Position numbers and translations under genes: made by a program
Shown here: positions 6,747 to 12,837 of the stretch, piece by piece
Layout: every line of letters begins with the position of its first letter
How positions within the stretch are numbered: the stretch's first letter is position 1
The notes under the pieces: model-generated
Seen by the model: the letters and a program-made list of their open reading frames with translations, nothing else
Database searches by the model: none
What the model was told of the DNA's origin: nothing
Assembly: GCA_913020725.1 (NCBI GenBank)
Contig: CAJWCD010000107.1
Location: 1 to 12,837 of the forward strand
DNA length: 12,837 nucleotides
Source: an uncultured Pseudomonadota bacterium
GTDB taxonomy: Bacteria > SAR324 > NAC60-12
Reading direction: 5' to 3'

Positions 6747-8474
6747 TCAAGTTGGGACAACGGCTTCAGCCAGCCAACTCTGACATGCTTCGGGCAGCGC
6801 TTCCGGAAGTTCCTGCAACCATGCAAACACCAACTCCCGCAGAAACACCCCGGTGCGCCGCTGGATTTGCTCGTCGTGAATCAACGCCCGCGCCTGTAAT
6901 CCGGAACCCCCATTGGCGTGGTAGTTCGTGAGCCAGGCCCGCAAGGAATCGGTGTCAGCAAGCGACGAGCCGTTTTTTTGCTGCACACGCAACCAGTCTC
7001 CTTCCAGCACAGCAGCAATCCCGCCCGGAACCAGCCAACCGCTGTAGCGGACGCGACGGCCCAGCAGTCGCCGACGGTGCGTTTCCAGCAGTCGTGCGAT
7101 TTGCCGCCCGAAGAGCGCGACCTCCACCAGCGTGTTGTCGTAGGGCACCCAGCCGAAAAGGTGCTTGCGCGTGACGGGTTGTCCAAGGTCAACTTCCGGG
7201 AGGTCCGGCAAAAACCAACTGCCGGGGAGCAGCGTGATCGCCTCGGCTCCAAAGGCATGAACCGTCGCCTTGTGTTGGAGTGCCGAGCCGCAGGCGTTGA
7301 GTTGCTTCCGGGTCGGGCGTTTTTTCAGCACAACCCGAGTCGGCTCGGCAAGGTAGCGTTCCACCTCCGCAAGCTGCGGTTCCAACTCGGTAAGCAGAGG
7401 GGCATCGGGTTGGCGGGCAGCTTTGTGGAACTCGAAATGCGAGTCCCGGAGTTGCCAACGTTCTGCGCGGGCTTCCAGCGTGAAACGGGCAACGCTCACG
7501 CCTTCGCCTCCCGATCCGGGGGAAAGCAGCGGAGTGCGGAAGCGCGTCAGCCGGGAGGTCGGCTTGCGTGGTCTGAGTTTGTGTGCGTGTCCGGAGACAA
7601 TCAGGTCATAGTCGATGACGTGGTCGGCCACCAGTCCGGCGGTGTTGGGAAGCGGAAGCTTGCGGAGTTGGGCGATTTGCTGATCGTGCCGCAGGTCATC
7701 GCCGCTGTGAAACACGCCGATGAGCAGATCGACGTTTTCCCGCTCCCGGAGGATTTTACTCCACTTTTGGGCGGAGTCCACAAGATCAGCAAACGCCAAG
7801 CCTGCAATGCGCTCCGGGTCGATCCAGAGTGGCACCCCCGGTGTGGTGAATCCGACGATGCCGACACGCACCCCCTGCCGTTCCAGCACAAGGTAGGGGG
7901 GCAGCAGCAGACGATCCTCCCCATCCAGCCAAGCATTTCCAGACAACCACAAGAATTTGGAAGCTGCGATGGTTTGCTGGAGTACCGAAACTGGTGGCTC
8001 GAAATCATGATTCCCCAGCACCACGGCGTGGTAGCCGAGTTGGTTCATCGCGTGGATGATCGGCAGGGGGAGTCCGGAATCCGGACGAATGTGGCTGAAG
8101 TAGAAACTGGCAGGATCGCCTTGAATCGTGTCGCCCGCATCCAACAGCACCAATCCCGGATGCTCGGTTCGCAGTTGCCGCAGCACTGGAACAAGGTGGG
8201 CCAACCCGGATGGCTTGCGTTTCGGAAGCAAGCGGGTGCTGCTGAGGTGTCCGTGCAGGTCGGAAGTGAACGCAAACGCTAGCGTCACGACGCTTCCCTG
8301 CGCTGGAACTGTCGGTTTCCGCTCCTGAATCCGGAACCCCACCGAGGCACCGGAAGGCTGCCAGCGTTCCCACGGCACTGGAATCGCAGGCGGTTCCCAC
8401 CACCACAACGCTGCTCCCAAGGTGAGCAATCCCACTAACGCCTGCACGCCAATAATCCACCTGTGGGTTGACAT
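6747..8474 (-). CDS. membrane-anchored bifunctional metallophosphoesterase / 5'-nucleotidase (CpdB/UshA-like)
   Basis: TSDLHG, LLDAGDTIQG, GNHDF, HSG and SGHAH calcineurin-like metal motifs; C-terminal PYDN and TNY.ANGG; hydrophobic N-terminal segment. Confidence 0.88.
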   Translation of the reverse strand: MSTHRWIIGVQALVGLLTLGAALWWWEPPAIPVPWERWQPSGASVGFRIQERKPTVPAQGSVVTLAFAFTSDLHGHLSSTRLLPKRKPSGLAHLVPVLRQLRTEHPGLVLLDAGDTIQGDPASFYFSHIRPDSGLPLPIIHAMNQLGYHAVVLGNHDFEPPVSVLQQTIAASKFLWLSGNAWLDGEDRLLLPPYLVLERQGVRVGIVGFTTPGVPLWIDPERIAGLAFADLVDSAQKWSKILRERENVDLLIGVFHSGDDLRHDQQIAQLRKLPLPNTAGLVADHVIDYDLIVSGHAHKLRPRKPTSRLTRFRTPLLSPGSGGEGVSVARFTLEARAERWQLRDSHFEFHKAARQPDAPLLTELEPQLAEVERYLAEPTRVVLKKRPTRKQLNACGSALQHKATVHAFGAEAITLLPGSWFLPDLPEVDLGQPVTRKHLFGWVPYDNTLVEVALFGRQIARLLETHRRRLLGRRVRYSGWLVPGGIAAVLEGDWLRVQQKNGSSLADTDSLRAWLTNYHANGGSGLQARALIHDEQIQRRTGVFLRELVFAWLQELPEALPEACQSWLAEAVVPT

Positions 8475-8571
8475 CTCCTTGTCCTTTGCTATTGTGCCCT
8501 AAGTCTGATGAGCGATCTCGTTTGTCAGAAAATCCTCTTTCCAGTTTAGCAAAACTATTGCGAGAAACCCC

Positions 8572-10287
8572 ATGCCCAATAAATTTACTGCGAACCTAAA
8601 TGCCGCATCCGGACACCGCCGCTACTCGGCGATGGTCACAGAATCCAACGAACGCGCCGCCAGTCGGGGGATGCTCTACGGACTGGGGTTCAAGAAAAGC
8701 GATTTCCAAAAATCGCAGGTGGGAATTGCTTCGACTTGGGGCAATGTGACTCCGTGCAACATGCACATTCGGGAACTCGCGGCCCATGCGGTCCGTGGAG
8801 TCCGGAAGTCCAAAGGCATGCCAATGGAATTTAACACCATCACTGTGTCTGATGGCATTTCGATGGGCACGGAGGGCATGAAGTACTCGCTCGTTTCCCG
8901 CGAGGTCATCGCCGATTCGATTGAAACCGTGGTCGGCTGTCAGGCTTACGACGGCGTGGTGGCCATTGGTGGTTGCGACAAGAACATGCCCGGTTGCTTG
9001 ATCGCGCTCGGACGACTCAACCGCCCCTCTGTGTTTGTCTATGGCGGCACGATTCTTCCGGGCAACCACCGGGGCAATCCGGCGGACATCGTGACGATTT
9101 TCGAAGCCGTGGGCCAGCGGGCCAGCGGCAACATTTCACAACAAGAACTTGAGGAGATCGAGGCGTGTGCGATCCCTGGAGCTGGTTCGTGCGGGGGCAT
9201 GTACACCGCAAACACGATGGCCTCCGCGATTGAGGCGCTGGGCATGAGCCTGCCCAACAGTTCCGGGATGGCCGCAACCTCAAAAGAGAAGGCGCAGGAT
9301 TGCGTGGCCGCCGGAGAAGCCGTGATGCGACTGGTTTATGAAAACCTCTGCCCTCGCGACATCATGACCAAGCAGGCGTTTGAGAATGCGATCACGGTGG
9401 TGATGGCACTCGGCGGTTCCACCAATGCGGTCCTGCACCTGCTGGCAATGGCCCACGCCGCCGCCGTGCCACTCACCCTCGACGACTTCCATCGCATCGG
9501 CCAGCAGGTTCCGCTGATTGCCGACCTCAAGCCGAGCGGCAAGTACCTGATGATTGATTTCATCAAAATCGGCGGGTTGCCCCCACTCCTAAAACTGCTG
9601 CTCAATGCCGGATTGCTGCACGGCGACTGCCTCACTGTCACAGGCAAAACCATCAAGCAGAACCTCCGGAGTGTGAAAGCCTACCCCCGCGATCAAAAAA
9701 TCGTGATGCCCCTCAAAAAGCCGATCAAGGCAAAGGGGCACCTTGTTATCTTGCGCGGGAATCTTGCACCGGAAGGCGCGGTCGCGAAAATCTCTGGCAA
9801 GGAGGGTGAATACTTCAAAGGTTCAGCCCGCGTTTTTGAATCGGAAGAGGAAGCCCTCAAGCGCATTTTGGACGGCACGGTTGTCAAGGGTGACGTCATC
9901 GTCATCCGCTACGAGGGGCCGAAGGGCGGTCCCGGAATGCGTGAAATGCTCTCGCCGACCTCTGCGATCATGGGACGCGGCCTCGGCCAAGACGTCGCGC
10001 TGATCACCGACGGCCGCTTCTCCGGAGGCAGCCACGGCTTCGTGATCGGGCACATCACTCCGGAAGCCTACGAAGGCGGGCTGCTCGCCATCGTGCAGGA
10101 CGGCGACCCCATCGTGATTGACGCGGAGAACAACCTGCTCGAACTCGAACTTCCCAAAACCGAAATCGCCCAGCGCCTCAAGGCGTGGAAACGCCCGGCA
10201 CCAAACTACAACCGTGGGGTGTTGTCGAAATACGCCCGCACCGTTAGTTCCGCATCCCAAGGGGCCGTCACGGACTTGGAGGACTGA
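8572..10287 (+). CDS. ilvD: dihydroxy-acid dehydratase
   Basis: 571 aa. [46 protein letters not shown] and TDGRFSGG. Confidence 0.98.
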   Translation: MPNKFTANLNAASGHRRYSAMVTESNERAASRGMLYGLGFKKSDFQKSQVGIASTWGNVTPCNMHIRELAAHAVRGVRKSKGMPMEFNTITVSDGISMGTEGMKYSLVSREVIADSIETVVGCQAYDGVVAIGGCDKNMPGCLIALGRLNRPSVFVYGGTILPGNHRGNPADIVTIFEAVGQRASGNISQQELEEIEACAIPGAGSCGGMYTANTMASAIEALGMSLPNSSGMAATSKEKAQDCVAAGEAVMRLVYENLCPRDIMTKQAFENAITVVMALGGSTNAVLHLLAMAHAAAVPLTLDDFHRIGQQVPLIADLKPSGKYLMIDFIKIGGLPPLLKLLLNAGLLHGDCLTVTGKTIKQNLRSVKAYPRDQKIVMPLKKPIKAKGHLVILRGNLAPEGAVAKISGKEGEYFKGSARVFESEEEALKRILDGTVVKGDVIVIRYEGPKGGPGMREMLSPTSAIMGRGLGQDVALITDGRFSGGSHGFVIGHITPEAYEGGLLAIVQDGDPIVIDAENNLLELELPKTEIAQRLKAWKRPAPNYNRGVLSKYARTVSSASQGAVTDLED

Positions 10288-10573
10288 TTGTTTGCAGTCA
10301 CAACGTTATTATTTTCAGGCAGCACACCACAAGCCTGCGCCAGGCTCAATGCAAATCGCCCCGGCTCCGGCAGGGACTGAGCAGCGTTTCTGGGTTTAGC
10401 GTCAGGTTACAGCACGAAGGCTTGTCGTCGCATTGACCCTTCCATGTTTGCTTGTTCTCAGATGGCCTCACTCTGCACCCCCTGAACGTGTCGGGGGCTG
10501 CACGTTTGCGCTTGCGTCCCCGGCACGGATTCGGAACCATAACCCGGAGTTCAACAGACCATCATCAACGAAC

Positions 10574-11083
10574 ATGCCTGATTCCAACTCATCCTCCACG
10601 GCGTCTGTGCTGGAAACGGTCGCCAACCTAGGGGTGCTGCACGAGGTGATCGTAATTGATCCCGCTTTTGCGGACACCGACGCCTTCTGCGAAAAGTACG
10701 GGTTCCCGCTGGAGGAATCCGGGAACACGATTGTTGTCGCGTCCAAGAAGGAGCCGAAGGTCTATGTTGCCTGCGTGGTACTGGCGATAACGCGGCTGGA
10801 CGTGAACAAGCGCGTTCGCAAGCTGATGGGCGTGTCCAAGGCGTCCTTCGCGTCGGCGGAGGAAATGAACGCGCTGACGGGCATGGAGGTCGGCGGGGTG
10901 ACGCCGTTCTCGCTTCCGGACGGGATGCCGCTTTATGTCGATTCCCGCGTGATGGCACTCGAGTGGGTGATCCTCGGCGGAGGTGGACGTGACCGCAAGC
11001 TCAAGATCACTCCGGAGGTGTTCCACCAGCTTGGAGCCGAAATCGTGGAAGACTTGGCGCTGCCCACCAATCCGCAAGGCTGA
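10574..11083 (+). CDS. YbaK/aminoacyl-tRNA deacylase superfamily protein, PA2301 (ProXp-z)-like
   Basis: IDP..ADT.AFC..YG, SGNTIVV, ACVVLA..R.DVN, KASFA, TGMEVGGVTPF (GxxxP loop) and GGG.R..KL. Start placed at ATG 10574. Confidence 0.85.
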   Translation: MPDSNSSSTASVLETVANLGVLHEVIVIDPAFADTDAFCEKYGFPLEESGNTIVVASKKEPKVYVACVVLAITRLDVNKRVRKLMGVSKASFASAEEMNALTGMEVGGVTPFSLPDGMPLYVDSRVMALEWVILGGGGRDRKLKITPEVFHQLGAEIVEDLALPTNPQG

Positions 11084-11086
11084 CCG

Positions 11087-12226
11087 ATGACCCTACCCTG
11101 CCAACGCGACCGATTCGACCTTCTGGACGTCACCTATCTGAACTGCTGTTACATGTCGCCGCAAATGAAAGCAGCGACCGAGGCGGGGCAAGAAGCCGTC
11201 ACCCGCAAGGCTCGACCGTGGGAAGTGGCCCCTGTGGATTTCTTCACTGAATCAGAGGCACTGCGGGGGGCTTACGCGGAATTGAGCGGAGCCGCAGCCG
11301 CTGATGTGGCACTCATTCCCTCCGCGAGTTACGGGCTTGCGTTGGCTGCGAAAAACCTGCCGCTCTCGCCCGGACAGCAAGTGCTGGTGCTGGCCAACCA
11401 GTTTCCCTCAAATGTATATGTGTGGCAGGAGCGTTGCCGCGAGGTGGGCGCGGAGTTGCGGTTTCTGGAGGCGAATCCGGGGCAAACCCTCAGCGAGTGT
11501 GTGCTGGACGCCATCGGTGCAAACACTGGGATCGTCGCCTTGCCCAACGTTCATTGGTCCGACGGGCGCTGGCTCGACTTGGTGGCGATTGCTGCCCGCT
11601 GCCGCGAAGTGGGAGCAGCGTTGGTGCTAGACCTCACGCAGTCGCTGGGCGCCGCCCCGTTTTCCGTTCAGGAGGTGCAGCCGGATTTCATGATTTCGGC
11701 AGGTTACAAGTGGCTCTGTGGTCCCTACACGCTCGGGATGCTCTACGCTGCCCCGCAGTGGCAGGGCGGTTCGCCACTCGAACACAACTGGATCGCCCGC
11801 AAGCAGAGCGAGGATTTCCGCAATTTGGTGAACTACCAAGACGACTTCCAGTCTGGTGCGCGGCGTTACGACATGGGCGAGCGCAGCAATTTTGTGCTGG
11901 TGCCGATGGCACTGGTCGCTGCCCGACAATTGCTGGAATGGACGGTTCCCGAGATCACCGAAACCCTGCGGGAACTAACCTCCGTTGTTGCCGAATTCGG
12001 TCGGGAGTTTGGGCTGGAGGTGCTTCCGGAAGTGGAACGCGCTCCGCATTTTCTGGGGTTGCGGAATCCCAACGGCTGGTCGCATGACCTTGGGACGGCA
12101 CTGGTCGAGCGCAAGGTTTTCGTCAGTTTCCGGGGGGAGTGGATGCGTGTTTCCCCGCACCTTTACAACACTCCGGAGGATGTCGAACGACTCTTTGCGG
12201 AACTGCGGAACTTGCGAGATACCTGA
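11087..12226 (+). CDS. aminotransferase class V-fold PLP-dependent enzyme
   Basis: TYLN, PSAS, QFPSN..W, LDLTQSLG, SAGYKWLCGP (PLP lysine) and RVSPHLYNT. Starts 3 nt after the deacylase stop codon. Confidence 0.92.
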   Translation: MTLPCQRDRFDLLDVTYLNCCYMSPQMKAATEAGQEAVTRKARPWEVAPVDFFTESEALRGAYAELSGAAAADVALIPSASYGLALAAKNLPLSPGQQVLVLANQFPSNVYVWQERCREVGAELRFLEANPGQTLSECVLDAIGANTGIVALPNVHWSDGRWLDLVAIAARCREVGAALVLDLTQSLGAAPFSVQEVQPDFMISAGYKWLCGPYTLGMLYAAPQWQGGSPLEHNWIARKQSEDFRNLVNYQDDFQSGARRYDMGERSNFVLVPMALVAARQLLEWTVPEITETLRELTSVVAEFGREFGLEVLPEVERAPHFLGLRNPNGWSHDLGTALVERKVFVSFRGEWMRVSPHLYNTPEDVERLFAELRNLRDT

Positions 12227-12235
12227 GAAACGTCG

Positions 12236-12837
12236 ATGAATGCCCTTCCCAAAACGATGGCCGCCGTATTGCTGACCGGGCATGGGGGCTTTGACAAGCT
12301 GGAGTACCGCGAGGACGTGCCGGTGCCGCAGCCCAAGATGGGGGAGGTGTTGATTCGGGTGCTGGCCGCTGGGGTCAACAACACCGACATCAACATGCGC
12401 ACCGCATGGTACTCCAAGACCAACGAGGGGGCGACGCAGGGTGGCGGCAAAGCCACGAGCGCAACGGCGGCCGTGGACGCAACTTGGGGCGGGGAAGCAT
12501 TGCAATTTCCCCGGATCCAAGGGATCGATGTCTGCGGGCGCATCGTCGCGGTAGGGTCGGGGGTGAACTCGTCCCGGATGGGCGAGCGGGTGCTGGTGGA
12601 CCCGTGCCTGCGCGAACCCGTTCAGTGGGAATCCTTTCAGGCGCACTTTCTGGGGTCCGAATGCAACGGCGGCTTTGCGCAATACTGCGTGGCTCCGGCC
12701 ATTCACACCCACAAGATCGAGTGTCCGCTCACGGATGCCGAACTGGCCTCGTTTCCCTGTGCGTACTCGACCGCAGAAAACCTGCTGCACCGTATGAAAC
12801 TGGCGGCGGGCGAGACCGTGTTGGTGACAGGCGCGTC
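12236..12837 (+). CDS. medium-chain dehydrogenase/reductase (alcohol dehydrogenase/quinone reductase family), truncated by the window edge
   Basis: Not in the ORF track because it has no stop. My translation reads MNALPKTMAAVLLTGHGGFDKLEYREDVPVPQPKMGEVLIRVLAAGVNNTDIN...FPRIQGIDVCGRIVAVG...GGFAQY...FPCAYSTAENLL...GETVLVTGA. Confidence 0.92.
   Translation, partial: MNALPKTMAAVLLTGHGGFDKLEYREDVPVPQPKMGEVLIRVLAAGVNNTDINMRTAWYSKTNEGATQGGGKATSATAAVDATWGGEALQFPRIQGIDVCGRIVAVGSGVNSSRMGERVLVDPCLREPVQWESFQAHFLGSECNGGFAQYCVAPAIHTHKIECPLTDAELASFPCAYSTAENLLHRMKLAAGETVLVTGA

Noticed and set aside
6918..8282. 454-aa plus-strand ORF
   Set aside because: Antisense shadow of the nucleotidase, with composition typical of a reverse frame.
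8520..8530. 11-mer GTTTGTCAGAA shared in reverse complement with 119-129
   Set aside because: One 11-nt match among about 1 kb of intergenic DNA is within chance expectation, and no convincing -10 partner is present.
11975..12790. 271-aa minus-strand ORF
   Set aside because: The real genes are on the plus strand (the PLP enzyme and the MDR starting at 12236).

Overview
A bacterial chromosomal window of roughly 58-60% GC (estimated by eye), made up mostly of housekeeping, envelope and amino-acid genes. The minus strand carries a 5'-nucleotidase/CpdB-like metallophosphoesterase, an orphan HicB, DacB (PBP4), a GT2 glycosyltransferase, a TlpA/ResA thioredoxin and proline iminopeptidase. It also carries a second unit with a degenerate cyclophilin and an atypical MurG, plus a probable gene start at the left edge. 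The plus strand carries a hypothetical gene, ilvD, and a tight three-gene unit: a PA2301-type YbaK-family deacylase, a class V PLP enzyme and an MDR dehydrogenase that runs off the right edge. I found no transposase, integrase, CRISPR array, tRNA or rRNA. The most notable observations are: (1) an unannotated ~190-nt element at 1991-2180 that folds by hand into a closed multi-branch RNA structure; (2) strong over-representation of the palindrome TCCGGA (36 copies by hand count, about 4 expected); (3) a MurG lacking several canonical motif residues, outside the dcw cluster and paired with a probable pseudo-cyclophilin; (4) a toxin-less hicB inserted in an envelope gene run. All calls come from motif recognition and hand analysis; no searches were run.
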